In this document: piece after piece, positions 7,492 to 16,608 of the stretch
Layout of the letters: each line of letters starts with the position of its first letter
Numbering within the stretch: position 1 is the stretch's first letter
Assembly (NCBI GenBank): GCA_964367815.1
Contig: CAYIYR010000002.1
Location: forward strand, 13,903-77,902
Reading direction: 5' to 3'
DNA length: 64,000 nucleotides
Source of the DNA: an uncultured Eubacteriales bacterium
GTDB lineage: Bacteria; Bacillota_I; Bacilli_A; RFN20; UBA1709
The notes under the pieces: model-generated
What the model saw: only the letters and a program-made list of their open reading frames with translations
Told to the model about the DNA's origin: nothing
Database searches by the model: none
Translations under genes and position numbers: made by a program

Positions 7492-10260
7492 ATGAAGCTT
7501 TCAAATAGGGTAAATAATGATTTGTTAAGGAATGTACTTGATAAAGCAAATATTTATTATTGGCGTTACGATGTTCAAAAAGATATTTGTTATTCTGGAT
7601 ATCGTTCGATTCAAGAATTTCAGATGCCCGAAATAGTTGAAAATGCCCCTTTTTCCTTCGCTGAGCAGGGATTTATTCATCCCGATTCAATAGAAGATTA
7701 TCTCCAACTACACTTAGATATGAAGAAAGGATTACCATACTCAGAAAAGAATATTCGGATGAGTAATCGTTTTAATAATGCTTGTTGGTATCATGTAAAA
7801 ATAACTAATTCTTTTGATAAAGCAGGTAAACCGACTATTGCTTTAGCAATAGCTAATGAAATAAGTGACTATAAAAACCTAGAAGAATGTTTCAATTTTG
7901 CTATTCAACATGAGGGAATGAATATTTGGACCTATGATTTTGCTACCGATACGATTAGAAATGATAGCAACGGCGATTCTCACTTGCCTTATGGAACGAT
8001 TAGTAATGTCCCCGATTCAATTATTGATTCATGTACTATTCATCCTGATGATATTAAAGAATTTAGAGCGATGTTTAATCGACTGAAAACCAATGGAGAT
8101 AATTTAGGCTGCATAATTAGAGTATATAACAAAACAAATAGTGATTATGATTGGATGCACATTACTTATTCGCTTCTTTATGATCAACATGGAAAACCAA
8201 TCAAAGCGATGGGCACATCGAAAAATATTAATGAGAAAATGGAAGCCGAGGAGAAATCTCGAGTATTTCAAACCTATCAGAGAATGGCCCTCAGTAATAC
8301 ATTAATGTCTTGCCGCTTGAATCTTACAACTAATCGCTGCGGTGATTTTCAAAGTGCAAAGCGCCATTTTTTAGTAGTAACTAAAGATAGTACAGTTGAT
8401 AGTTTCTTTGAAGGCGTTTGTCAGCACATTAACGAAGATGATCTTGGTAAGTTTACAAAGATTTTTGGTCATAGGGTACTATTAAGCGCTTATTTCCGTG
8501 GAGAAACATCGGTGTCAACCAAATTCCGTTATCATCCAACCCGTAATTCTGTTAGATGGATAAAGATGACTTGTGAGATGACAGAGAACCCTAATACTCA
8601 TCAGATTGAAGGCATGCTATATGCCCATGACATTCATAAAGAGAAGACTTTACAGTTAGTCATTGAACAATTAGTTGGCGTTGATTATGAGTTTATTGCC
8701 ACTTTGAATTTTCTTAATGATGAAGTTACTTTATTTGCTAAAGATAAGAAAGATATTTGGTGCTCTCCTTCGGAGGAGGAACCATATTCTACATCTCACG
8801 ATGCGATAATCAAAGCTTATGTAAAGAGCGACTATCAAGAAGAAGCTGTTGCGAAAATGAGTGTTAAAGCAATCAAAAAAGCTTTAAAAGTATCAAAGGT
8901 TTATAATGTAACTTTCCCTGTAATTAACAGTGATGGGGAGGAAGAGTATAAGACTTGGCGTTATTTCTATGTTGATGATGATCATAAAGCATGTATTTTC
9001 ACTAGAACTGATGTTACTGATATCATTAATGAGCAGAAAAAGCAGCAAAGAAACCTTGAAGAGGCTTTAAAAGTTGCTGAAGAAGCTAACCTAGCAAAAA
9101 CAGATTTTCTCTCCAGAATGAGTCATGATATGCGCACTCCTATGAATGGAATCTTAGGATTGATTAATTTGAGCAATGAAGAACCAATGTCACCTTCTTT
9201 GAAGGATAATTTACAAAAGATGCAATCATCGGGAAAATATCTACTGAATATTATTAATGATATTCTGGATATGAGTAAGATTGAGAGTAATAATATTACT
9301 TTGAAAATCGAAACAGTCAATCCGAAAGAGTTTTTAGAGAGTTTGTTAGCGGCAATTAAACCAGCAATTGTTGAGAAAAACATCGATCTTCAAGTAAGTC
9401 TTGAACAAATAATGTTCGATTATATTAATATTGATCCAGTTAGAACCCAGCAGACTCTCTTAAATATTTTATCTAATGCCATTAAGTTTACCCCTAATGA
9501 TGGGAAGATAGAGTTTCTCGCTGAAAGAATGAGAATAGATGATGACAAATTTTACGATTGTATCACTATCAGAGATAATGGAGTAGGTATTTCGCCAAAG
9601 TTTTTGCCTAATATCTATGATTTGTTCGCTCAAGAAGATAATGAGATTAATACCCAATACGCAGGTACTGGATTAGGTATGCCAATTGTAAAGCGACTAG
9701 TGGAACTGATGAATGGAAGCATTGAGATAAAAAGTGAATTAAATAAGGGAACAGAAGTTAAAATCTTCTTACCGATTACTAAAGGCAAGTGTTTGTCTGA
9801 TGAAAGTCAAGAAACCTTCTGCGACCAAAAGTCCTTAAGGGGCCGGAAAATTCTTCTTTGTGAGGACAATCATCTTAATTCAGAGATTGCAAGGCGTTTA
9901 TTAGAAATGCAAGGCTGTGTGGTTGATATAGCAGCTAACGGAAAGATAGGTTTAGACAAATTTATTCAGTCGAAGAAGAATTATTATGATTTAATTTTGA
10001 TGGATATCAGAATGCCGGAGATGGATGGTATAGATGCCACAAAAGCAATTAGAGCTTTACCAAGATGTGATGCTAGGCAGATACCAATTATTGCAATGAC
10101 AGCAAACGCTTATTTGGAAGACAAATTAAAATCACAGGAAGCGGGAATGAACGCTCATATTGCGAAGCCTTTTGATCCGCAACAATTATTCAATGTTATC
10201 AATGAAATGATAGAGCTGAAAAACAAGGGTTTAATGAAAGTAGATTTTTGGTTAAAATAG
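7492..10260 (+). CDS. Cytoplasmic hybrid sensor histidine kinase with multiple PAS-like regions, HisKA, HATPase_c and a C-terminal receiver domain.
   Basis: H-box FLSRMSHDMRTPMNGILGL. ATPase G-boxes DNGVGI and GTGLGM. A receiver domain ILLCEDN...LILMDIRMPEMDG...K. No clear TM segments. Confidence 0.85.
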   Translation: MKLSNRVNNDLLRNVLDKANIYYWRYDVQKDICYSGYRSIQEFQMPEIVENAPFSFAEQGFIHPDSIEDYLQLHLDMKKGLPYSEKNIRMSNRFNNACWYHVKITNSFDKAGKPTIALAIANEISDYKNLEECFNFAIQHEGMNIWTYDFATDTIRNDSNGDSHLPYGTISNVPDSIIDSCTIHPDDIKEFRAMFNRLKTNGDNLGCIIRVYNKTNSDYDWMHITYSLLYDQHGKPIKAMGTSKNINEKMEAEEKSRVFQTYQRMALSNTLMSCRLNLTTNRCGDFQSAKRHFLVVTKDSTVDSFFEGVCQHINEDDLGKFTKIFGHRVLLSAYFRGETSVSTKFRYHPTRNSVRWIKMTCEMTENPNTHQIEGMLYAHDIHKEKTLQLVIEQLVGVDYEFIATLNFLNDEVTLFAKDKKDIWCSPSEEEPYSTSHDAIIKAYVKSDYQEEAVAKMSVKAIKKALKVSKVYNVTFPVINSDGEEEYKTWRYFYVDDDHKACIFTRTDVTDIINEQKKQQRNLEEALKVAEEANLAKTDFLSRMSHDMRTPMNGILGLINLSNEEPMSPSLKDNLQKMQSSGKYLLNIINDILDMSKIESNNITLKIETVNPKEFLESLLAAIKPAIVEKNIDLQVSLEQIMFDYINIDPVRTQQTLLNILSNAIKFTPNDGKIEFLAERMRIDDDKFYDCITIRDNGVGISPKFLPNIYDLFAQEDNEINTQYAGTGLGMPIVKRLVELMNGSIEIKSELNKGTEVKIFLPITKGKCLSDESQETFCDQKSLRGRKILLCEDNHLNSEIARRLLEMQGCVVDIAANGKIGLDKFIQSKKNYYDLILMDIRMPEMDGIDATKAIRALPRCDARQIPIIAMTANAYLEDKLKSQEAGMNAHIAKPFDPQQLFNVINEMIELKNKGLMKVDFWLK

Positions 10261-10303
10261 TATATAATAATACTATCATTATGATAAAAAGGAGATGAAT
10301 CAT

Positions 10304-11119
10304 ATGAATGGAAGTACGAAAAATTATTCGAAGTCGCTAGTATTAATTTTTGTGGGCTTGTTGTGTTCAACTTTTGCCTTGAATTTATTTGATATTGCCG
10401 GAATATCTACCTCTGTGTATATTTCAGCGGCAGGATATATTCTGATGATTGTTGGAATTGTCAAGATGAAAGATATTAATCCTCGTTTCAAAGTAACAGC
10501 AATATTACTAGGAGCCTGTGCAATCGTGACAATTGGCGAAGGAATTTATGCGGGTTTAATTCAAACAGATATTCCCAATTTGGATGAAATTACCTCAACC
10601 GCGGGTTTAACAAAACTTGACCAATCAGTATTTGTTAATGTCTATGTTAGTTTGGTTATTGCTGTAGTAATGTCAGTCGTCAAGATAATGTCCGTCTATT
10701 ATGTCTTAATCGGTGTTAGAGAATATTGCAAAGATTACTGCCCTGATTTTTATGATGTTGGTGTTGTTAGAGCTAAAAAGTATAAGTTTTATGGTGTTCT
10801 AAGCGCTATTTCAACTATTTTGCTAACTGCTTCAACATTGCCAGTATTACGGGCATATAACCAATATGTTGACAATCAAATAAGCGCTGTAGAATTAGCT
10901 TCAAGTTCCTCGATTACCTTGATTATTTCAATTGTTTCACTTGTAGTTGGTATATGCTATATCGTTGCGATGATTAAAACTTTAGTTTATGTTTATAAGG
11001 TTAGCAATGCACCCATGACCGTACCGGTAATTGATGCAGAAGCAAGTTATGTCAATAGCAATGACGAGACAAAAGTTGAGCCAACCAAAAAAGATACTTG
11101 GAACGATGAGATAAAATAA
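10304..11119 (+). CDS. Hypothetical polytopic membrane protein
   Basis: About 6 TM helices. The start was moved to the second ATG because its spacing from AAGGAG is better. Confidence 0.5.
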   Translation: MNGSTKNYSKSLVLIFVGLLCSTFALNLFDIAGISTSVYISAAGYILMIVGIVKMKDINPRFKVTAILLGACAIVTIGEGIYAGLIQTDIPNLDEITSTAGLTKLDQSVFVNVYVSLVIAVVMSVVKIMSVYYVLIGVREYCKDYCPDFYDVGVVRAKKYKFYGVLSAISTILLTASTLPVLRAYNQYVDNQISAVELASSSSITLIISIVSLVVGICYIVAMIKTLVYVYKVSNAPMTVPVIDAEASYVNSNDETKVEPTKKDTWNDEIK

Positions 11120-11125
11120 GATTTT

Positions 11126-11148
11126 GGAGCCGAAAGGCTCTTTTTTTG
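11126..11148 (+). terminator. Rho-independent terminator
   Basis: GGAGCC-gaaa-GGCTC followed by TTTTTTT. Confidence 0.75.
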
Positions 11149-11198
11149 TGCATAAATAAGTGTATAATGTAGCGTTGTTGAGATTTGGTGGGAACAGT

Positions 11199-12368
11199 AT
11201 GAAAGAAATTTGGAAATACAAAATATTAACATTAGTTCGTTATTTTGGCGATGCACTATATTATCCGTTTTTATCTCTATATCTAGTAAGTACTGGACTG
11301 ACCACGGCATCCATTGGTTTTGTTTTGTCTATCACACCCATAATCGGTATTATCGTTAATCCTTTATATACCATGATTTGTAAGAATGTAAAGATTACGA
11401 GAAAAGTATTGGGTATAATCACCGTTGTTGAAGCCTTATTAATTATTTCTTTGACTTTTACAACTAATCTTTATCTAATATCCATAATAGTTGGACTAAT
11501 TGCCATCTTTGGCACTTCTCATTATGGATTAATGGATTCGTTAACAGCTGTTTTTGCGAATGAATCACATACAAGTTATACTTCATATCGGATGTTTGGT
11601 TCTATTGCATATATTATTGCTACCACTTTAGGCGGAATTATTATTGATAAAAGTAGTTATCAGATTTGTTTTATGATTGGTGCCAGCCTTTTCATTATCT
11701 CGGGACTACTGTATCGTTGGCTTAAACCCATTGAAATTGAGAATGTTGAAGAAGTTGGAAAAGAAAAAGTTAAATTCAAAGATCTATTAAAAAATAAGAC
11801 TTATATATTCTTCTTGATTTTCCATGTTTTATTTATGGGTGCCATGAATAGCACTGAGAACTTTTTCGCTGTTTATTTGGAAAGCCGGGGAGTGGGAGCC
11901 GATCAATACGGCTTGATCTATTCATATTTTGTTGTTTTTGAAGTAATTACCTTATTAATTCTAAATAAATTTTTCAAGAGAGCAAATTACCAAGTCCTAC
12001 ATTTAATTGCTGCCGGATTAATGCTGATGCGCTATATAATTAACTTCTTAGATCTTCCCGTCGGGCTAGTAATTGCGGTGGCCGGTGCTAGAGGGATTGC
12101 TTTCGCTATGATTCTTTTTATTACTTATCAATATATTGTCAAAATAGTGGGGGAAAGAAATTCTATTACTGCGGTTATGTTTTTGACTTTAGTTACCTCT
12201 ATTTATACTGCGATATTTAACAATATCTATGGAAATATTATCGATAATAGTGGTTATCAAGTTTTTTACCTAATCAGTGCGATTATCTTCGCTGCTGTAG
12301 TAATCCTTGCGGTGTTTAGATTAGTATACTATAAAAGAAAGGCGCATAAAGAAACAGAGAACAAATAA
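11199..12368 (+). CDS. MFS transporter
   Basis: About 12 TM helices with an MFS-like layout. The start was taken at MKEIWKYK, after a GGTGGGAAC SD. Confidence 0.65.
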   Translation: MKEIWKYKILTLVRYFGDALYYPFLSLYLVSTGLTTASIGFVLSITPIIGIIVNPLYTMICKNVKITRKVLGIITVVEALLIISLTFTTNLYLISIIVGLIAIFGTSHYGLMDSLTAVFANESHTSYTSYRMFGSIAYIIATTLGGIIIDKSSYQICFMIGASLFIISGLLYRWLKPIEIENVEEVGKEKVKFKDLLKNKTYIFFLIFHVLFMGAMNSTENFFAVYLESRGVGADQYGLIYSYFVVFEVITLLILNKFFKRANYQVLHLIAAGLMLMRYIINFLDLPVGLVIAVAGARGIAFAMILFITYQYIVKIVGERNSITAVMFLTLVTSIYTAIFNNIYGNIIDNSGYQVFYLISAIIFAAVVILAVFRLVYYKRKAHKETENK

Positions 12369-12421
12369 TTATTGTTATATTGGTAAATAGGCATAAATAT
12401 GCTAAAATAAAGAGCTGACAA

Positions 12422-12497
12422 CGGGGCGTAGCACAGTTGGTAGTGCGCTTGGTTCGGGACCAAGAGGTCGCGGGTTCGATTCCCACTGCTCCGACCA
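12422..12497 (+). tRNA. tRNA-Pro (anticodon CGG)
   Basis: 76-nt cloverleaf read by hand. Acceptor CGGGGCG/TGCTCCG, D-arm GCAC/GTGC, anticodon stem CTTGG/CCAAG with loop TTCGGGA, T-loop TTCGATT, and a 3' CCA. Confidence 0.8.
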
Positions 12498-12706
12498 ACT
12501 TAATTAAGATTTCCTCCATGATTTTGCCTTTTGGTAAAACTAGATGGGGGATTTTTTCTTTTTAATTGCCAACAAAATAATAAGTTGGGATAGACCATCC
12601 ATTCCCTTTTGTTTTTAGAAATGATATACTGATGCCAAATACATTCGAATAAAAATCCCAAATATTATGTATATTGAATTACAAAGAAAGATGGAGGAAA
12701 CAGAAA

Positions 12707-14086
12707 ATGGAAGAGAGAAAATTGAAGCTTAACACAAAGAATACTTTTTTTATTGGGTTGGCCTTTTTTGCCATCCTTATGCTTTGGCAAGTTTACAACA
12801 CTTATTGTCCTTTGATACTAGAAGAACTATTGGCATCAAAATATGGTGATGCCAATAAGCTCACTTATGTCATTGGAATTATTATGGCCGCTGATAATCT
12901 AGCAGCCCTAGTATTAATGCCAATCTTTGGCGTTATGTCCGATAAAACAAAAACGAAATTTGGCAAGAGAATGCCATACATTTTAATTGGCATGCTAGCA
13001 TCATCTTTGCTGTTCCCCTTTGTGGCGGTTACCTACATTTTAAATTCCTTAGTTGGCGTTATTATCACGATGGCTTTAATTCTAATTATCATGCAATGCT
13101 ATCGTTCACCAGCGGTAGCGCTGATGCCCGATGTTACGCCAAAACCTCTGCGTAGTAAAGCCAATGGAATAATTAATTTAGTTGGTTATATTGGTGCGAT
13201 TATTGCAGGTGCGATTGCCATGGTGTTTAAGAAAGCGGATGGAGAAGTCAATTCACTTGCTTATCTTTGGCCATTTGTAATCGCCAGTGTATGTATGCTA
13301 ATTGCAATGGTTATTCTATATGCAAAAATCAAAGAGCCAAAATTACTAGAAGAGAACAAAGAAGATATGGAATATGGTGAGAAACTAAGTTTATCTTTAG
13401 AAACTGTTAATGAGGATAAACCTCTTAGCAAAGCTGATAAGCGGAATTTAATTATTATCTTAATTTCTATTTTCTTCTGGTTTATGTCATTCAACGCAGT
13501 TGAAACATTTAATAGTTTATTTGCTAAAAACATTCTTGGTAGCAGTAGTATTCATGGTACTTTTACGATTATCTTAACAGTATCTTCTATTGTGGCCTTT
13601 ATTACCTTATCTTCGCTTTCAAATCGGATTGGCAGAAAGAAGACTATTGTTATTGGTCTGATAATGTTAGTTGTGGCTTTTGCAGTAGTGGCAGTGTTTG
13701 CCTATGTGGCGGAGCCAGCGGTTATTCAAAAGTTTGTTTGGGTCATCTATCTATGTACTGTCGTCTTAGGTATTGGCTGGGCAATGGTTAACGTTAATTC
13801 TTATCCAATGATAGTTGAGATGTCGAATAAAACTAATGTTGGCAAGTTTACAGGATATTATTATACAGCATCGATGATAGCTCAAACGGCGACCCCAGTA
13901 TTAATTGGCTTGATCATGTCTTTAAATCATTCGGGATTAAAATTATTATACATTTATGCAGCGGTGGTTATGCTCATTGCCTTAGTCGTTTTCTTCTTTG
14001 TAAAAGAGAACGAAGCGAATAAGAAAAAAGTAATGGAGCAGACAGCCAAAAAGAGCGTTTTAGAAAAATTGGCAGATAATGACTAG
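12707..14086 (+). CDS. GPH-family (MelB-like) MFS cation symporter
   Basis: SDKTKTKFGKRMPY matches the GPH DxTxSxxGRRRP-type motif. About 12 TM helices. The start was taken at the ATG preceded by GGAGG. Confidence 0.65.
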   Translation: MEERKLKLNTKNTFFIGLAFFAILMLWQVYNTYCPLILEELLASKYGDANKLTYVIGIIMAADNLAALVLMPIFGVMSDKTKTKFGKRMPYILIGMLASSLLFPFVAVTYILNSLVGVIITMALILIIMQCYRSPAVALMPDVTPKPLRSKANGIINLVGYIGAIIAGAIAMVFKKADGEVNSLAYLWPFVIASVCMLIAMVILYAKIKEPKLLEENKEDMEYGEKLSLSLETVNEDKPLSKADKRNLIIILISIFFWFMSFNAVETFNSLFAKNILGSSSIHGTFTIILTVSSIVAFITLSSLSNRIGRKKTIVIGLIMLVVAFAVVAVFAYVAEPAVIQKFVWVIYLCTVVLGIGWAMVNVNSYPMIVEMSNKTNVGKFTGYYYTASMIAQTATPVLIGLIMSLNHSGLKLLYIYAAVVMLIALVVFFFVKENEANKKKVMEQTAKKSVLEKLADND

Positions 14087-14117
14087 ATATATTTATTTTT
14101 TCTGCTAAAATAATTTA

Positions 14118-14245
14118 TAAATAAGGGAGTAGTTGGCACCTTTGTGCGTTTTGATCAACATGCTGATATGAATATATCTGGTCAAAGCTATCACAACGAG
14201 ACTTATTTACGTCATTAACGTAGTGAGTTTCACGGAGGGGCAATT
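14118..14245 (+). promoter_or_regulatory. Probable yybP-ykoY (Mn2+) riboswitch in the mntP leader
   Basis: An AAGGGAGTAG 5' motif, a GAGAC...ACGTCATTAACGT hairpin, and a GGAGGGG SD immediately upstream of the mntP ATG. Confidence 0.5.
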
Positions 14246-14812
14246 ATGGGGATAATTGAATTAGTTTTAACGGGTATTGGTTTAGCAATGGATGCTTTTG
14301 CGGTGGCAACTTGCAAAGGACTTGCTAGTAAGAAAGCAACCTGGACCAATGCTATTATCATTGGATTATGGTTTGGTATTTTTCAGGCCTTAATGCCTTT
14401 GGTTGGTTTTTTTGTTGGCTCTACTTTTAGTGCTTATATTGAATCTATAGATCATTGGGTGGCTTTTGCTTTGCTAGCTTTTATTGGTCTTAAGATGATA
14501 TATGATGCGTTTAAGGGTGGCGAAGAGAACAGCAATGCTTCATTAGCCTTTAAGGTAATGCTTGTTATGGCGATAGCTACTAGTATTGATGCATTAGCTG
14601 TGGGTATTAGTTTTTCTTTCTTACAGGTTAATATTTGGCTTGCTATTGCAATCATTGGCGTAATTACTTTTACGCTATCAATGATTGGATATAAGATAGG
14701 CAACCTTTTGGGTAGCAAATTTGAGAAATGGGCCGAACTGGCCGGTGGTATTATTTTGGTTCTTCTAGGACTAAAGATAATGCTTGAACACATTGGTGTA
14801 ATTGCTTTCTAA
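14246..14812 (+). CDS. mntP: Manganese efflux pump MntP
   Basis: 188 aa with an internal two-fold repeat containing a DAFAV motif. MntP/YebN-like. Confidence 0.85.
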   Translation: MGIIELVLTGIGLAMDAFAVATCKGLASKKATWTNAIIIGLWFGIFQALMPLVGFFVGSTFSAYIESIDHWVAFALLAFIGLKMIYDAFKGGEENSNASLAFKVMLVMAIATSIDALAVGISFSFLQVNIWLAIAIIGVITFTLSMIGYKIGNLLGSKFEKWAELAGGIILVLLGLKIMLEHIGVIAF

Positions 14813-15060
14813 TCTTAACCACGATTAAGAAAAGATAAGTAAATAGTCAATAGAAAATTTATTTAGAAAAACAAGAGGAAGTATTAAAAACCCTCTTCTT
14901 TTTATGAGAAAGAGGAATATATTATCTATATCACTAGAAAAATAAAAGCGAATTGTCTTTACTTTATTAATTTAAAGGTGGTAAAATGAAAGTTGTAATC
15001 TTTCGATGCGACATTGATAGATTATAAAGTAACGTAAATTTACGGAAGGGAAAATTTAAG

Positions 15061-15261
15061 ATGAAGGGCAAAGTCAAGATGTTTAGCAAAGAAAAAGGTT
15101 TCGGATTCATTCACACAGAGAATGGTCAAGATGTCTTTTTCCACTACTCCGAACTCCAAATGGAAGGCTTTAAGACTGCTGAAGTCGGCGATGAAGTAGA
15201 ATTCGATCTACAAGAATCCGATAGAGGTCCAAGAGCTTCTAACATTCGCAAAGTTGGATAG
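15061..15261 (+). CDS. Cold-shock protein (CspA family)
   Basis: KGFGFI RNP1 motif and VFFHYS RNP2-like motif in a 66-aa protein. Confidence 0.92.
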   Translation: MKGKVKMFSKEKGFGFIHTENGQDVFFHYSELQMEGFKTAEVGDEVEFDLQESDRGPRASNIRKVG

Positions 15262-15276
15262 AAAAAACAAGTAAGA

Positions 15277-15301
15277 AACCACTTCGGTGGTTTTTTCTTT
15301 G
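15277..15301 (+). terminator. Rho-independent terminator
   Basis: AACCAC-ttcg-GTGGTT followed by TTTTTCTTT. Confidence 0.8.
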
Positions 15302-15367
15302 TCTTTTTGCTATAATAGGTAATTGTAAAAACTAATGACACTATCTTGATAGTGGGAGGTATAGTCT

Positions 15368-16471
15368 ATGCCATTAACAGCTGGAATTATCGGGTTACCA
15401 AATGTTGGTAAATCGACTTTATTTAATGCGATAACATCATCGCATGTAATTGCGGAGAATTATCCGTTTGCGACCATTGAACCAAATACCGGAACGGTGG
15501 AAGTAGCTGATAAACGCTTAACCAAGTTGACTGAGATGTTTTCCTCAGCGAAAACAATTGCAGCAACTTTTGAATTTAGAGACATCGCTGGTCTCGTCAA
15601 GGGAGCCTCTAAGGGAGAGGGATTAGGAAATCAATTCTTATCACACATTAGGGAAACCGATGCTATCTGTCATGTTGTCAGATGCTTCGATGATGCGGAA
15701 GTCATCCATGTTGATGGTGATGTTAATCCTATTCGCGATGTGGAAACCATCAATATTGAATTAATTATGGCGGATTTAGATACTGTCGAAAAAAGAATTG
15801 CCCGCGTAGAGAATAAAGCCCGAGTTAACAAGGATCCTGATTCTGTTGCTGAATATAATGTTTTGAAGATTATTCAAGAAGTTTTACTCAAAGAGCAACC
15901 AGCGCGAAGCTTATCCTTTACTGATGCTCAATTAGCCATTGTAAAAGGATTTCATCTATTGACCTTAAAACCAATTATTTATATTGCAAATATCAGTGAA
16001 GAAGATTTAGCGGATCCCCAAAAGAATCACTATTATCAAGAATTAAAAATTGTTGCCGAGAAAGAGCATGCCCAGATAGTTGAAATTTGTGCCAAGATAG
16101 AAGAAGACCTTGTTTCCTTATCCGCCGAAGAGAAGAAAGAGTTCCTTCAGGATCTTGGGGTTGAGGAATCTGGTCTAGATAAAGTAGTTCATGCCGCCTA
16201 TTCTTTGTTGGGATTGAGAACTTTTTTCACAGCGGGACCAAAAGAATCTCGGGCTTGGACTTTCAAAGAAGGCATGAAAGCTCCTCAATGTGCGGGAATT
16301 ATTCATACAGATTTTGAAAAAGGCTTTATAAAAGCCGAGATATATAGTTATGATGATTTAATTAAATGTGGTAGCGAACAACTCGTAAAAGACAATGGGA
16401 AATTCCGTATTGAAGGAAAGGAATATATTGTAAAAGACGGGGACATAGTTCACTTCCGCTTCAATCTATAA
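15368..16471 (+). CDS. ychF: Ribosome-binding ATPase YchF (Obg-family)
   Basis: [17 protein letters not shown]-loop, a TGS-like C-terminus and a length of 367 aa. Confidence 0.93.
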   Translation: MPLTAGIIGLPNVGKSTLFNAITSSHVIAENYPFATIEPNTGTVEVADKRLTKLTEMFSSAKTIAATFEFRDIAGLVKGASKGEGLGNQFLSHIRETDAICHVVRCFDDAEVIHVDGDVNPIRDVETINIELIMADLDTVEKRIARVENKARVNKDPDSVAEYNVLKIIQEVLLKEQPARSLSFTDAQLAIVKGFHLLTLKPIIYIANISEEDLADPQKNHYYQELKIVAEKEHAQIVEICAKIEEDLVSLSAEEKKEFLQDLGVEESGLDKVVHAAYSLLGLRTFFTAGPKESRAWTFKEGMKAPQCAGIIHTDFEKGFIKAEIYSYDDLIKCGSEQLVKDNGKFRIEGKEYIVKDGDIVHFRFNL

Positions 16472-16480
16472 TTCAAAAAA

Positions 16481-16506
16481 GGCGTTCAAACAGCGCCTTT
16501 TTTATT
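16481..16506 (+). terminator. Rho-independent terminator
   Basis: GGCGT-tcaaaca-GCGCC followed by TTTTTTATTTTT. Confidence 0.75.
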
Positions 16507-16553
16507 TTTGTCATAAAACTCAGTAGCGATATATATTGTATATATATCACTTC

Positions 16554-16582
16554 TTGCTTTATATTCTCTAATAGTATATAAT
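16554..16582 (+). promoter_or_regulatory. Sigma-A-type promoter of the ABC/giant-lipoprotein operon
   Basis: TTGCTT, a 17-nt spacer, then TATAAT. Confidence 0.55.
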
Positions 16583-16608
16583 GCCTTTATAAAAAAGAGG
16601 TTAATTTT

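Noticed and set aside
12316-12519. 67-aa minus-strand ORF (GAVGIEPATSWSR...)
   Set aside because: It is the antisense translation of tRNA-Pro, the classic tRNA-derived ORF artifact.
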